DNA of 64,000 nt from Pseudomonadota bacterium. Its GTDB lineage: Bacteria > Pseudomonadota > Alphaproteobacteria > Rhodobacterales > Rhodobacteraceae. A model generated the notes under the pieces. The model saw only the letters and a program-made list of their open reading frames with translations. It ran no database searches and was not told the DNA's origin. This document shows positions 17,196 through 27,280 of this stretch, in pieces (position 1 is the stretch's first letter; the number at the start of each line of letters is the position of its first letter). The stretch covers positions 150,881 to 214,880 of the forward strand of contig JBCBGF010000001.1 of the NCBI GenBank assembly GCA_038526915.1, written 5' to 3'. A program made the position numbers and the translations under genes.

Positions 17196-18377
17196 ATGAT
17201 CTACGATGTCGTCGTTGTCGGCGGGGGCCCCTCGGGCGCCACGGCCGCCGAAGACTTGGCCCGGGCCGGCAACAAGGTTGCGATGATCGACCGCGATGGC
17301 CGCATCAAACCCTGCGGCGGCGCGATCCCGCCCCGGCTGATTGAGGATTTTGATATCCCCGACAGCCAGCTCGTGGCCAAGATCAGCACCGCCCGCATGA
17401 TCTCGCCCAGCCACCGCCATGTGGATATCCCGATCGAGAACGGCTTTGTCGGCATGGTCGACCGTGAACACTTCGACGAATTCCTGCGCCAACGCGCCAC
17501 CCGCGCTGGCGCCCACCGCAACACCGGCACCTTCAAACGCATCGAACGCGATGGCGACGGCACCCACGTGATCTTCCGCGACAAGGTCAGCGGAAACGAA
17601 ATGCGCTTGACGACCAAACTGGTGATCGGAGCCGATGGCGCCCGCTCCGACGTTGCGCGCCAGAACGTGCCGGGCGGCGACGCGATCCCCTACGTGATCG
17701 CCTATCACGAGATCATCAAGGCCCCGGGTGCTGTTGGTGCCTATGACCCTGAGCGCTGCGATGTGGTCTATGACGGCACGATCTCGCCCGACTTCTACGG
17801 CTGGGTCTTCCCCCACGGCGCCTCCGCCTCGGTCGGCATGGGCACGGGCATCGAAGGCATCGACCTCAAGAAAGCCACCGCCGAGTTGCGCGCAGCCAGC
17901 GGCCTGGCCGACTGCGAAACCATCCGCAAGGAGGGCGCTCCGATCCCACTGAAACCGCTCGACAAGTGGGACAACGGAAAGGATGTCGTGCTGGCCGGTG
18001 ATGCCGCAGGCGTCGTCGCCCCCTCCTCAGGCGAAGGGATCTATTACGCCATGGTCGGCGGCCGCGTCGCCGCGACAGCAGCCCAGGCTGCACTGGCATC
18101 GGGCAAGGCGCGTGACCTCGCGCTGGCTCGCAAGCTCTTCATGAAGGAGCACAAAACCGTCTTCAAAGTCCTCCGCGCGATGCAGGACGCCTATTACAAG
18201 TCGGATGAGCGTCGAGAGCGCTTTGTGTCGCTGTGTCATGATGTCGACGTGCAACGTCTGACCTTCGAGGCGTATATGAACAAAAAGCTCGTACGCGCCC
18301 GGCCCATGGCCCATCTCAGGATCGGCTTGAAAAACCTGGCGCACCTCACACGGTTGGTGCCGGAAGCCTATACATGA
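17196..18377 (+). CDS. bchP: Geranylgeranyl-bacteriochlorophyll reductase
   Basis: FAD-binding fold MIYDVVVVGGGPSGATAAEDLA. ATG 17196 lies 7 nt after GGAG; the track start at 17190 is the alternative. Confidence 0.93.
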   Translation: MIYDVVVVGGGPSGATAAEDLARAGNKVAMIDRDGRIKPCGGAIPPRLIEDFDIPDSQLVAKISTARMISPSHRHVDIPIENGFVGMVDREHFDEFLRQRATRAGAHRNTGTFKRIERDGDGTHVIFRDKVSGNEMRLTTKLVIGADGARSDVARQNVPGGDAIPYVIAYHEIIKAPGAVGAYDPERCDVVYDGTISPDFYGWVFPHGASASVGMGTGIEGIDLKKATAELRAASGLADCETIRKEGAPIPLKPLDKWDNGKDVVLAGDAAGVVAPSSGEGIYYAMVGGRVAATAAQAALASGKARDLALARKLFMKEHKTVFKVLRAMQDAYYKSDERRERFVSLCHDVDVQRLTFEAYMNKKLVRARPMAHLRIGLKNLAHLTRLVPEAYT

Positions 18378-18904
18378 CCAATACGATTCCAGCTTGGGTA
18401 GACGGCCGATTACGGCCCGTGGACAAGCTTGAAGTCCATCTGAAAGGCTATCGTCACAAGGCCGTATCGGTCTTTGTGATGCGCGGCGAAGCCGTTTTGA
18501 TCCAGCAGCGCGCGCTGGAAAAGTACCACACCCCCGGCCTTTGGGCGAACACCTGCTGCACGCACCCCGAATGGGATGAACCCGCGATTGATTGCGCGAT
18601 CCGCCGGTTGCGGCAGGAATTGGGCATCACCGGCCTCTACCCCGCGCACCGGGACAGGATCGAATACCGCGCCGACGTGGGCGGCGGGATGATCGAACAT
18701 GAGGTCGTGGATATCTTCATGGCCGAGGCGCCGGCAGATATGGTGATGACGCTCAACCCCGCCGAGGTGAAGGACACACGCTGGGTCGATCTCTACGATC
18801 TGGCGGCCGAGGTCGCGCGGTGGCCCGAACGGTTCACACCCTGGCTGCGCATCTATCTTGACGAACACAAGGACCGGATTTTCGGTCGTCTTGTCCGGGC
18901 CTGA
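18374..18904 (+). CDS. idi: Isopentenyl-diphosphate delta-isomerase, type 1 (Nudix)
   Basis: 176 aa with HKAVSVFV...LWANTCCTHP...EHEV motifs. Overlaps bchP by ATGA. Confidence 0.9.
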   Translation: MTNTIPAWVDGRLRPVDKLEVHLKGYRHKAVSVFVMRGEAVLIQQRALEKYHTPGLWANTCCTHPEWDEPAIDCAIRRLRQELGITGLYPAHRDRIEYRADVGGGMIEHEVVDIFMAEAPADMVMTLNPAEVKDTRWVDLYDLAAEVARWPERFTPWLRIYLDEHKDRIFGRLVRA

Positions 18905-18999
18905 GGCCTGCCCCACACCCACTTCTTATTCGCAAACGACGTGACCGGACCAAGTTCGGTTCGGGAAACATCTGTGCGGGCGACGCAGCCGGATCCGGG

Positions 19000-20922
19000 T
19001 CAGGCCCGCGCCTGACCAAACGGCACCGTCACAGCGCCCAAAGCCTCAACCGCCGCGCGCGAGATATCCCGCGCGGTCAGACCCGCATCGGCATACATAT
19101 CTGCCGGGCTCGCCTGATCGATGAACCGATCGGGCAGGGTCAGCGTTCTGATCCGCAGCCCGCGATCGAGCGCCCCATGATTAGCCAGGTAATGCAGCAG
19201 ATGCGCCCCAAACCCGCCCGTCGCACCCTGCTCCACCGTGAGGATCGCTTGGTGATGCCGCGCGAGTTGCCGGATCATCGCGGTATCCAGCGGCTTGGCA
19301 AAACGGGCATCGGCCACGGTGGCCGAAATCCCAAGGGCCTCAAGTTCCTCCGCCGCAGCCAGGCATTCCGACAGATGCGCCCCGAATGACAAAAGCGCGA
19401 CCCCCGTCCCCTCACGCACGATTCGGCCCTTCCCGATCTCAAGGGGAGTGCCGGTTTCCGGCAAGTCCACACCTGCGCCTTCACCACGTGGGAACCGGAA
19501 GGCGATAGGCCCATCATCGTACTCGGACGCCGTTGCCACCATGTGCATCAGTTCCGCCTCATCACCCGCGCCCATGACAACGAAGTTCGGCAGGTTCGTC
19601 AGATATGCCACATCGAACGCACCGGCATGCGTCGCGCCATCCGCACCCACCAGTCCCGCCCGGTCGATGGCAAAGCGCACCGGGAGGTTTTGCAGCGCCA
19701 CATCGTGGACGATCTGGTCGTACCCACGCTGCAGAAACGTCGAATAGATCGCGCAGAACGGGCGCAGCCCGCTAGCCGCCATGCCGGCCGCAAAAGTCAC
19801 CCCATGTTGTTCGGCGATCCCCACGTCAAACACCCGCTCAGGGAACCGGTCGGCCATGATGTTCACGCCCGTCCCCGATGGCATAGCCGCGGTCACCGCG
19901 ACGATGCGCGGGTCCGACGCCGCCGCAGTGGTCAGCGATTTGCCAAAAACGCTCGTATAGCTTGGCGCATTGGCCTTGGCCTTCTTCTGATCGCCCGAGC
20001 CCACGTCAAACTTCGCCACACCGTGGTATTTGTCGGCCGAGTTCTCAGCAGGCGCATAGCCCTTGCCCTTCACGGTACAACAATGGATCAGCACAGGCCC
20101 GGTCGTGCGGGCATGCGCCGCGCGCAGAACCGGCAAAAGTTCAGACATGTTGTGGCCGTCGACCGGGCCCACATAGGAAAAGCCCAGCTCTTCAAACAAC
20201 GTACCACCGCCCGGAAAACCGGTGACCAGCTGCCGCGCACGCCGCGCGCCTTCACGGAACGGCCCGGGCAGCGCGGCCTCAAACCCTTCGGCCATCTTCT
20301 CGAACGCCGCGCCCTGGGGGCTCGCGTAAAGGCCAGAGAGATATTTCGACATCGCCCCCACGGGCGGAGCAATCGACATCTCATTGTCGTTCAGGATCAC
20401 GAACAACCGCCGGTTCTCGTGGCCTGCGTTGTTCATCGCCTCATAGGCCATGCCCGCGCTGATCGATCCATCGCCGATCACCGCAATCGCATCCCCTGTG
20501 GGTTGGCCCATGTCGCGGCCCACTGCGAAGCCCAGCGCGGCGGAAATCGATGTCGACGAATGCGCTGCACCGAAGGGATCAAACTCGCTTTCCGACCGTT
20601 TGGTGAACCCCGACAGCCCGTCTTTCTGGCGCAGGGTCCGAATACGGTCCCGCCGCCCGGTCAGGATTTTATGCGGATAGCATTGGTGGCCCACGTCCCA
20701 CACGAGCTTGTCAAAAGGCGTGTTGAACACCGCGTGAATCGCCACCGCCAACTCGACAACGCCCAGGGACGATCCCAGATGCCCGCCGGTCTCCGAGACG
20801 GCGGATATCACCTCGGCCCGAAGCTCGCGGGCAAGGGTGTCGAGGTCGGTATCGGAAAAGCCGCGCAAATCTGCCGGTCCGGCAACTCGGTCCAGCATGG
20901 TGGTTGTCGGTCGGGACGTCAT
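19000..20922 (-). CDS. dxs: 1-deoxy-D-xylulose-5-phosphate synthase
   Basis: 640 aa with [18 protein letters not shown]...[18 protein letters not shown]. Downstream of pufX, as in Rhodobacter. Confidence 0.95.
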   Translation of the reverse strand: MTSRPTTTMLDRVAGPADLRGFSDTDLDTLARELRAEVISAVSETGGHLGSSLGVVELAVAIHAVFNTPFDKLVWDVGHQCYPHKILTGRRDRIRTLRQKDGLSGFTKRSESEFDPFGAAHSSTSISAALGFAVGRDMGQPTGDAIAVIGDGSISAGMAYEAMNNAGHENRRLFVILNDNEMSIAPPVGAMSKYLSGLYASPQGAAFEKMAEGFEAALPGPFREGARRARQLVTGFPGGGTLFEELGFSYVGPVDGHNMSELLPVLRAAHARTTGPVLIHCCTVKGKGYAPAENSADKYHGVAKFDVGSGDQKKAKANAPSYTSVFGKSLTTAAASDPRIVAVTAAMPSGTGVNIMADRFPERVFDVGIAEQHGVTFAAGMAASGLRPFCAIYSTFLQRGYDQIVHDVALQNLPVRFAIDRAGLVGADGATHAGAFDVAYLTNLPNFVVMGAGDEAELMHMVATASEYDDGPIAFRFPRGEGAGVDLPETGTPLEIGKGRIVREGTGVALLSFGAHLSECLAAAEELEALGISATVADARFAKPLDTAMIRQLARHHQAILTVEQGATGGFGAHLLHYLANHGALDRGLRIRTLTLPDRFIDQASPADMYADAGLTARDISRAAVEALGAVTVPFGQARA

Positions 20923-20947
20923 GGCAGCCTCCGCGGGTCAGGGGATC

Positions 20948-20983
20948 GCAAAAGGACGCCGCAAGGGTGTGAACCCTCGCGGC
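20948..20983 (-). terminator. Putative rho-independent terminator of the puf operon
   Basis: On the minus-strand RNA, gccgcgaggg-uucaca-cccuugcggc forms a 10-bp stem with one G.U pair, followed by uccuuuug. Confidence 0.6.
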
Positions 20984-21067
20984 GCCAGTTTCCTGTAGCC
21001 AACAGGAAGGGAACCGGGGTGTGGAGACCCCGAGGATCGGACGCGGCTAAGCGCCCGAACCGGTTGT

Positions 21068-21097
21068 GAGGGGCGGTGATATGCACCGCCGCCCCTC
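21068..21097 (-). other. GC-rich stem-loop overlapping the pufX stop codon (start of the structured 3' UTR)
   Basis: gaggggcgg(t)g ... c(g)ccgcccctc gives about 10 bp with one mismatch and an 8-nt loop. Confidence 0.5.
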
Positions 21098-21314
21098 AAA
21101 CAAGTGCGTTCAGCGCCTGACTCCCGAACTCCAATGCCGCAAAGGGATCTTCCGGCAAAAGGAACGAGATCGCGCGCAGGATCAGGATGAACGCAATGAC
21201 ACCGAAGAGAACCACGGCCGCATAGGCTGCGCCCATCGTCATCTGGCTGAGAATCCAGACCCTAAGCGATGGTTTCGGCGTGTTGTCGACATACCAGTAT
21301 TCGTTCTTCGACAT
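21096..21314 (-). CDS. pufX: PufX-like RC-LH1 core-complex protein
   Basis: 72 aa, single TM helix, directly after pufM. PKPSLRVWILSQMTMGAAYAAVVLFGVIAFILILRAISFLLPE parallels R. sphaeroides PufX ([23 protein letters not shown]...RMLP), recalled from memory. Confidence 0.75.
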   Translation of the reverse strand: MSKNEYWYVDNTPKPSLRVWILSQMTMGAAYAAVVLFGVIAFILILRAISFLLPEDPFAALEFGSQALNALV

Positions 21315-21321
21315 GGGTCAG

Positions 21322-22320
21322 TTACTCCGCTGGCGGTAGATAGGGCAGGAAGTCTTCGGGCGTTTCGGCCGGCACATAGTTCTCTGCCGCGCCGTAGCCG
21401 TGCTGCTGGGCCCAGAGGAACCAGTCATCCACAACTGTGCCGGTGATCAGGATACCGATCCCGCCCGTGAGCGTCGTCAGCACCGCAAACCACCACGCCC
21501 ACCGGTGGATCCCTTCCATCGTCGCGTTGAACCCCATGGTCCAGCGCCAGAACAGACCCGCCCGTTCCGAGGCAGTGCCCCGGTCGTAGATCTGCTCAAG
21601 CTCGCGGTCGCCGCCAAAGCGGGTCACCGCCAGGATCGTCGCACCGTGCATCGCAAACAGAAGCGCCGAGCCATAAAGGAACACGATCGAGAGCGCGTGG
21701 AACGGATTGTAGAACAGGTTCCCGTAGGTCAGCGAAAACAGGTTCGTCCAGTCAAGGTGGGTGAAGATGCCATAGGGCACGGCCTCAGACCAAGATCCCA
21801 TCAGGATCGGACGGAAGAGACCCAGCACCAGGAACAGCCAGATCGCGCTGGCAAAGGCATAGCAGACGTGCTTGCCCATCCCCAGCTGGTTGGCGAGCAC
21901 CCAGGACCTGACGAACCAACTCATCACGCCGACCAGTAGGAAGAACGACGCAATCAGGTAATATCCCCCCTCGGCCATCGGCGGGAAGGACAGGCCGTAT
22001 TCCGGCGATGGCGGCTCAAGAGACAGGTAGAACAGATCCCGCATGAAGACCGCGGCATTGAAATCCACCTCGTTCCAGAACCAGGCACCGACCATCACGA
22101 ACCAGATCGATCCCGACATCAGCGACAGCACACCCCAGGGCCCAAGGTAGAAGGGCCCCAGCTGTGCGTTCCCGAACCAGCCAAAGAGCTGCGAAAAGCT
22201 TGCCCCTTTGGACCGGTCGCCCAGGTCGACGCCATCTTCGACCATCCCCATCTCGGCCGGTCCCTGGACCTGCACCTGGGTGAAGATGTTTTGGTACTCT
22301 CTTTCGTAGAACCTAGCCAT
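21322..22320 (-). CDS. pufM: Photosynthetic reaction centre M subunit
   Basis: [21 protein letters not shown]... The ATG at 22320 overlaps the end of pufL by 8 nt, as in Rhodobacter. The track ORF adds 20 spurious residues. 332 aa, with a C-terminal tail. Confidence 0.95.
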   Translation of the reverse strand: MARFYEREYQNIFTQVQVQGPAEMGMVEDGVDLGDRSKGASFSQLFGWFGNAQLGPFYLGPWGVLSLMSGSIWFVMVGAWFWNEVDFNAAVFMRDLFYLSLEPPSPEYGLSFPPMAEGGYYLIASFFLLVGVMSWFVRSWVLANQLGMGKHVCYAFASAIWLFLVLGLFRPILMGSWSEAVPYGIFTHLDWTNLFSLTYGNLFYNPFHALSIVFLYGSALLFAMHGATILAVTRFGGDRELEQIYDRGTASERAGLFWRWTMGFNATMEGIHRWAWWFAVLTTLTGGIGILITGTVVDDWFLWAQQHGYGAAENYVPAETPEDFLPYLPPAE

Positions 22321-23161
22321 TGACGCCTCCAGCGATGTCTGCCCAGAAGGGCAGGAATACGTACCAATCCCACCAGACAACCCACTGGTCGAACCAGACA
22401 GTGCCCGAGATCACGATGCAGATCGCGCTCCAGAACCCTGCGTTCAACGCCAGAAGAAGGCCCAGACGGTGGATGCCAAGCGGCCCGATCGAGTAGCCGA
22501 TGAAATCGCGGAAGAACGTGTCTTCATGCTCTGGCGAGCGTACTTCCTTACCCTTCTCGGGGTTGGCTGCCGACAGGATCAGCGAGCCATGCAAGGCGAG
22601 CGCCAGTGCGTTGGTGAAGAAGAACGTCACCGCGATCATATGCGCCGGATTGTAATGGAAGTTGCCGTAGAGATACCCGGTGTAGCTCACCCAATCGAGG
22701 TGGCTCCAGATCCCATAAGGGAAGCCGTGCCCCCAGGCGCCCATCAGAACGGGGCGGATCACCACAAGCGTTGTATAGGCAAAGATCGCCACGCCAAACG
22801 CAAAGGGCACATGATAGCCGATGCCCAGTTTTCGGCAGATCTCAACCTCGCGCATCATCCAGCCGATAAAGGCCCCGTGCGCGCAGATCGTGATGATTTG
22901 CCATAGTCCGCCGGTCTGTAGGGGCGCGGGCCCCAATCCATAGGACAAAGGCGGCGGATTGATCGAGATCAGCCACGGGTTCCAGGTGCCCTGTAGCGTG
23001 GCCCCGTAAAAGATCAGGACCGTACCGAGGCCGGCGAAAAAGATCGTCATGACCCCGAAAAAGCCGACATAGAAGGGTCCGACCCAGAAGTCGAACAACT
23101 CGCCGCCGACGAGTGTGCCCCCAGGCACACGGTATTTTCGTTCGAAGCTGAGCATCGCCAT
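22313..23161 (-). CDS. pufL: Photosynthetic reaction centre L subunit
   Basis: 282 aa starting [36 protein letters not shown]. Confidence 0.97.
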   Translation of the reverse strand: MAMLSFERKYRVPGGTLVGGELFDFWVGPFYVGFFGVMTIFFAGLGTVLIFYGATLQGTWNPWLISINPPPLSYGLGPAPLQTGGLWQIITICAHGAFIGWMMREVEICRKLGIGYHVPFAFGVAIFAYTTLVVIRPVLMGAWGHGFPYGIWSHLDWVSYTGYLYGNFHYNPAHMIAVTFFFTNALALALHGSLILSAANPEKGKEVRSPEHEDTFFRDFIGYSIGPLGIHRLGLLLALNAGFWSAICIVISGTVWFDQWVVWWDWYVFLPFWADIAGGVNG

Positions 23162-23226
23162 ACTTCTTACTCCGTTTCAGGCGGCGTGCGGTCGTGGCCG
23201 GTGTGCCGTCGTGCGATTGATTTGCC

Positions 23227-23249
23227 GCGGGCGGGCGATACCCGCCCGC
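23227..23249 (-). other. pufA-pufL intercistronic stem-loop (mRNA-stability hairpin)
   Basis: gcgggcggg-cgata-cccgcccgc forms a perfect 9-bp GC stem, 25 nt after the pufA stop. This is the position of the stabilising hairpins known from the R. capsulatus pufBA segment. Confidence 0.7.
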
Positions 23250-23273
23250 AGCCTTGTCTTGTCCACACCGGGA

Positions 23274-23438
23274 TCAGCCCCCAGCAGCAGCAGCCGCTGT
23301 AAGCTCAAACCAGTTGAAGTGTGGATGGCTGAGCAGCACGAGATGAATCATTGCTGCCAGCAGGAAAAGGAAGACCCCCTGCGCCACGAATACGCGACGC
23401 GGATCGAAGATCAGCCAGATCTTGTAGAACTTAGCCAT
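23274..23438 (-). CDS. pufA: LH1 alpha polypeptide
   Basis: Hand translation: [54 protein letters not shown] (54 aa), with GGGGAGA upstream. Below the size cutoff of the ORF track. Confidence 0.95.
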   Translation of the reverse strand: MAKFYKIWLIFDPRRVFVAQGVFLFLLAAMIHLVLLSHPHFNWFELTAAAAAGG

Positions 23439-23453
23439 TTCTTCTGTCTCCCC

Positions 23454-23609
23454 TTACCACGCGAACCACGGACGCCAGATGTACACTGCGAAGTGGGCCA
23501 CTGCGGCGATACCTGCGAAAAGGTAAAGCCCGCCCATATACACAGAGTGCAGTTCCTGCGCCTGTTCGTCGGTAAGACCTGTGAACGACAGGTCGGTTCT
23601 ATCAGCCAT
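23454..23609 (-). CDS. pufB: LH1 beta polypeptide
   Basis: Hand translation: [51 protein letters not shown] (51 aa), with GGAGGAG upstream. Confidence 0.95.
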   Translation of the reverse strand: MADRTDLSFTGLTDEQAQELHSVYMGGLYLFAGIAAVAHFAVYIWRPWFAW

Positions 23610-23727
23610 AAACTCTCCTCCGGATCGTTAGACTGACGCCGCGTCCCCCGCGGCCGGGTTCCCTCAGGGCGTCATGCCCCTTGGGCATCCACTCCCCCGG
23701 GGGGGAGAAGTGGAATCTCGCTCTCAT
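23602..23727 (-). CDS. Candidate pufK-like leader ORF bridging pufQ and pufB
   Basis: The ATG lies 4 nt after the pufQ TAA. 41 codons ([41 protein letters not shown]). The TGA overlaps pufB codons 2-3. The ORF runs through three hairpins. The peptide itself looks non-functional. Confidence 0.3.
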   Translation of the reverse strand: MRARFHFSPPGEWMPKGHDALREPGRGGRGVSLTIRRRVYG

Positions 23728-23731
23728 GCCC

Positions 23732-23965
23732 TTAGGCCGAGAAAATCATGGGCGTGATGATCCGCGCCTGGCTCCAGGCACGGGCCACCGGGCCCTTGTC
23801 GGGCAGACCGCCTTGTTTGATCGCGTGCAGCGCCCAGGTCAGGAACGCCAGCGGCAGGGTCGCTGCGAAGATGATGCCGAAATAGACAAGGAACTCGGTC
23901 CTTGGCGGGCGGTGCGTGGCGCGCGGGGCGGCCCCCATCACGCTGTCCGTCGTCTGATCGGTCAT
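23732..23965 (-). CDS. pufQ: PufQ
   Basis: 77 aa, single TM helix, between bchZ (ATGA overlap) and pufB. Confidence 0.9.
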   Translation of the reverse strand: MTDQTTDSVMGAAPRATHRPPRTEFLVYFGIIFAATLPLAFLTWALHAIKQGGLPDKGPVARAWSQARIITPMIFSA

Positions 23966-25440
23966 GTGTCTTCTCCTCGTTTTGCGCCGGGGGTTGCGGG
24001 CTGCAACGCCTCGACGGTTTCCTTGACCACACGTTCAGCCCCGGCTTCGAGCGCGGCGCGTTCAGCCGCGTCCCGCAGCGTCTTGGCTGCCGAAATCCGT
24101 GTGAGTATCGGGTGGGTCGCGACAATCCGGTCGAGCGCGTCTTGCGCATCGGCATCCCAGGGAAAGTCGCGCCGAAGGGTCGTGGGGGTGGCCGCCGCGC
24201 TGTCCATCTCGGACCCCAGCGGCAGGATGTGAAACAGCGCGTCGAAGAGCCCGTTGCACACTTCCTGCAACAGATACGTCGCGCCGGCATAGCCCATGAA
24301 GGGCGTGCCCGTGGCCCGCCGGATCGCGGCGCCGGGGAAACTCGCCGGAATGAATGCAGGCGCGGGGCCATGACCGGCCTTCAGCTCGGCCAGGTACATC
24401 TTTTCGTTGATCGATCCCATGACAACCAGCGGCCGGTGCTGCGCCATCAGCCCGCGCACCTCATCATTATTGGTCTTCTTGCCCGCCGAGCGTGCGACGG
24501 CAAAAGCGCAAGGAAGGCCCAGATCGGTCTCCAGGAAATGCCGAACGCCGCGGGCATAGGTTTCATTCGCGACGATCCCAAAGCTGGCGGTCGCAAAGAA
24601 ATCCTGCGTCACGGACCGCCACAGGTCCCAGACTGGTTTGATCGTGGAATGCTTCTCACGCTCGATAAACGGCTCAGGGTCCAGCCCCAGCATCTCACCC
24701 AGCGTGCGCAGGAAGCGGGTGGTGGAGTCGATCCCGATCGGCGCTTGCAGATACGGCTTGCCAAGGCATTCTGACAGCCCGCGCCCAAACTCGCGATACA
24801 TGCATATGTTCACATCCGCATTCACGAGGTTCCGCATCTCGGCCAGGTGCGCGCCCAAGGGCATCACCATATTGATCTCGGCCCCGATCCCTTCGACCAG
24901 GCGCCGGATCTCGGCCAGGTCCGACGGCATGTTGAACGTGCCATACATCGGCCCCAGGATGTTCACCCGCGGCTTGGCGCCCTCTTCGCGCTTCTTCTCG
25001 GGGGGCATCCGGCCCTTGGTCATGCCGAACTCGGTGAAGATCCAGGTCATCGCCCGGTCGGCGCACTCCCACTGATCCTCATCAATGGTGCGCGGCAGAA
25101 AGCGTTGGATGTTGGTGCCTTGCGGCGTGACCCCGCCACCGATCATCTCGGCAATCGAGCCGGTCACAACGACCGCAGGCAACGCCGGGTCCAGCGTGCC
25201 CCAGGCCCGCTTCATCGCGCCCTCTGTCCCGTCGCGGCCCAGCTCTTCTTCGCCGAGCCCGGTGGTGACGATGGGCAACTCGTGCGGAGGCAGCGCATCG
25301 GTGTAGTGCAACACAGATGTCACCGGCAGGTTCTCGCACCCGACCGGTCCGTCGATGACCACTTGCAGGCCCTTGACGGCGCAAAAGGCGTAGACCGCCC
25401 CCCAGTAGCCACCCGCGCGATCGTGGTCCTGTATCAGCAT
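23962..25440 (-). CDS. bchZ: Chlorophyllide a reductase subunit Z
   Basis: 492 aa starting [40 protein letters not shown]. Confidence 0.95.
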   Translation of the reverse strand: MLIQDHDRAGGYWGAVYAFCAVKGLQVVIDGPVGCENLPVTSVLHYTDALPPHELPIVTTGLGEEELGRDGTEGAMKRAWGTLDPALPAVVVTGSIAEMIGGGVTPQGTNIQRFLPRTIDEDQWECADRAMTWIFTEFGMTKGRMPPEKKREEGAKPRVNILGPMYGTFNMPSDLAEIRRLVEGIGAEINMVMPLGAHLAEMRNLVNADVNICMYREFGRGLSECLGKPYLQAPIGIDSTTRFLRTLGEMLGLDPEPFIEREKHSTIKPVWDLWRSVTQDFFATASFGIVANETYARGVRHFLETDLGLPCAFAVARSAGKKTNNDEVRGLMAQHRPLVVMGSINEKMYLAELKAGHGPAPAFIPASFPGAAIRRATGTPFMGYAGATYLLQEVCNGLFDALFHILPLGSEMDSAAATPTTLRRDFPWDADAQDALDRIVATHPILTRISAAKTLRDAAERAALEAGAERVVKETVEALQPATPGAKRGEDT

Positions 25441-25559
25441 GTGGACACCCCGCGGTGCACAGACTGTGTACAGGCTGTGTACGGGTTGTGCTGGGCGAAT
25501 TCAGCCCAATTTCCGGGTGCGCGGCCACCATCGGCTGCGCCGATCCCTTCCCCGCGCGC

Positions 25560-25585
25560 TGCGGATCTATGTGCATAGATCCGCA
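25560..25585. other. 26-nt near-perfect palindrome abutting the bchY stop codon
   Basis: tgcggatctatg tg catagatccgca has 12-bp arms with only the central 2 nt unpaired. Confidence 0.6.
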
Positions 25586-27157
25586 TCAAATCATCTCTTG
25601 CGCTTTGGCTGCGCGCGCTTGTTTGTCGAGCTTCTTCTGATGCTGCGCCCGGAAATCGGACCGCAGGTTTGGGTCGCCTTCCCAGACGCCCGCGGTATCG
25701 CCCGCACCCACGCCTTCGAAGAACTCGCGCATGTGATCCATGCGGTCCTTGTTGGCGATGGCCGCGTTCACGACCTCCTGCAACGACCCTGCGCCTGCAG
25801 GCCCCATCAGGGGCCGGGCCGAAATCAGGTTGGTGAAATAGAGCCCCGGGATGGCCAACTCCTTGGCCTTCTGAACCACCGGGGTCGTGCCGATGGCGAG
25901 GTCTGGCTTGATCGCCTCCATCGCCGCGCAGTCATCTTCCAGCGAGGCGCGGAATTTCACCGTAACCCCGCGGGATTCCAGCCATTCGCGATCCCAGTCC
26001 GACTGTGCCGTGCGCGGACAGGCGGTACCGACGTAAGGCACATCCGCACCGCTTTCGATCAAGAGCCGCGCCACCAACAACTCGCTACCTTCATATCCCG
26101 ATAGCGTCACCGTGCCCTTGATGGGCGTGGCCGCCAGCGCGCCTTTGATCGCGGGGAGAAACGCGTTCTGCGCGGCGGCCACTTGATCGGCGTGCACGCC
26201 AAACGCCGCGCCAATCTGCCCAAGCCAGTGTGCTGTTCCGTCATGTCCAACAGGTGCCGATCCCACGATGGGCCGACCCGCCGCCTCAAACTCGCGGATC
26301 GCGGCGGTGTAGAACGGATGGATCGCCGCCGCCGCCCCGCAATCAAGCGCGGCGTAAAGCTCGCGCCACTCACGACATGGCACGACAGGCCCCGCAGCCA
26401 ACCCCATGGGCGCCAGCATCGCGCCGATCATCATCGGATCGGCCGGGAACATCTCGCCCAACAAAGCAACCGTCGGGCGGTCAGATTTGCCAGAGGCGGG
26501 CGCTTGCACCGGCCCGGCCTCAATCTCTTCGCGAGCGTATTTCAGCATCGCGCCGGCCAGCACATCCTTGGCCTCGGCATGGGTCGGAATGCCAAAGCCC
26601 GGCACGTCGATGCCAACAACGCGCACTCCGTCGATCTCGGACGGCAGCAAGCGCAGCGGCACGCCAGAGGCTGTGGGCACGCACAGGTTCGTCACCACAA
26701 TCGCGTCATAGCGATCGGGGTCCGCCAAATCATGCACCGCCTCGCGGATGTCTTCGAACAGCTTGCCCGTGACCAGCGTCTCGGAATTGAACGGCACATA
26801 GCCGACCGACCGCCGCGCCCCGTAGAAATGGCTCACAAAGGTCAGCCCATAGACGCAGCAGGCCGAGCCGGACAGAACAGTCGCCACCCGCCGCATGCGC
26901 AGCCCCACACGCAAGGACCCGAACGCCGGGCACATAGATTGCGGTTTGTCATGGGGCCCTTGCGGATAGTCCTCGGCATACTGATCGAGGATCTCAGACT
27001 TGCCAGCCATACGGGCCGCAGCCTCCATCTCGGCCGCGCCAGCGTGACAGCCCATGCCATCCCCGCCTTGCAGGTCGGGCGTGGACTCTCCAGCCACTGT
27101 GGTGCCCAGCGTCACCTCGGCCTCGCCGGCCGCGTCATAGGTGATTTCACCCGTCAT
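25586..27157 (-). CDS. bchY: Chlorophyllide a reductase subunit Y
   Basis: 523 aa, NifD/K-like, between bchX and bchZ. Confidence 0.93.
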   Translation of the reverse strand: MTGEITYDAAGEAEVTLGTTVAGESTPDLQGGDGMGCHAGAAEMEAAARMAGKSEILDQYAEDYPQGPHDKPQSMCPAFGSLRVGLRMRRVATVLSGSACCVYGLTFVSHFYGARRSVGYVPFNSETLVTGKLFEDIREAVHDLADPDRYDAIVVTNLCVPTASGVPLRLLPSEIDGVRVVGIDVPGFGIPTHAEAKDVLAGAMLKYAREEIEAGPVQAPASGKSDRPTVALLGEMFPADPMMIGAMLAPMGLAAGPVVPCREWRELYAALDCGAAAAIHPFYTAAIREFEAAGRPIVGSAPVGHDGTAHWLGQIGAAFGVHADQVAAAQNAFLPAIKGALAATPIKGTVTLSGYEGSELLVARLLIESGADVPYVGTACPRTAQSDWDREWLESRGVTVKFRASLEDDCAAMEAIKPDLAIGTTPVVQKAKELAIPGLYFTNLISARPLMGPAGAGSLQEVVNAAIANKDRMDHMREFFEGVGAGDTAGVWEGDPNLRSDFRAQHQKKLDKQARAAKAQEMI

Positions 27158-27280
27158 GACGTTGAGCCTCCGGGCCGTTGAGACGAGGTGAGGATGTCCA
27201 AGAGTAGCCGCCGGATCTGATCCGGCCGCGCCGCCTTGATCAGGCGATCCACGCAGTCAGTCTTTTGGGTGCGGCACGCC

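Noticed and set aside
19543-21069. 508-aa plus-strand ORF opposite dxs. Similar long antisense ORFs lie opposite bchX (27236-28345), crtD (31552-32895), the RND pump (38296-39303), rtcB (50711-51730) and bchD (60765-62009)
   Set aside because: Arg/His/Pro-rich low-complexity translations in each case, and the opposite strand encodes a confidently identified protein.
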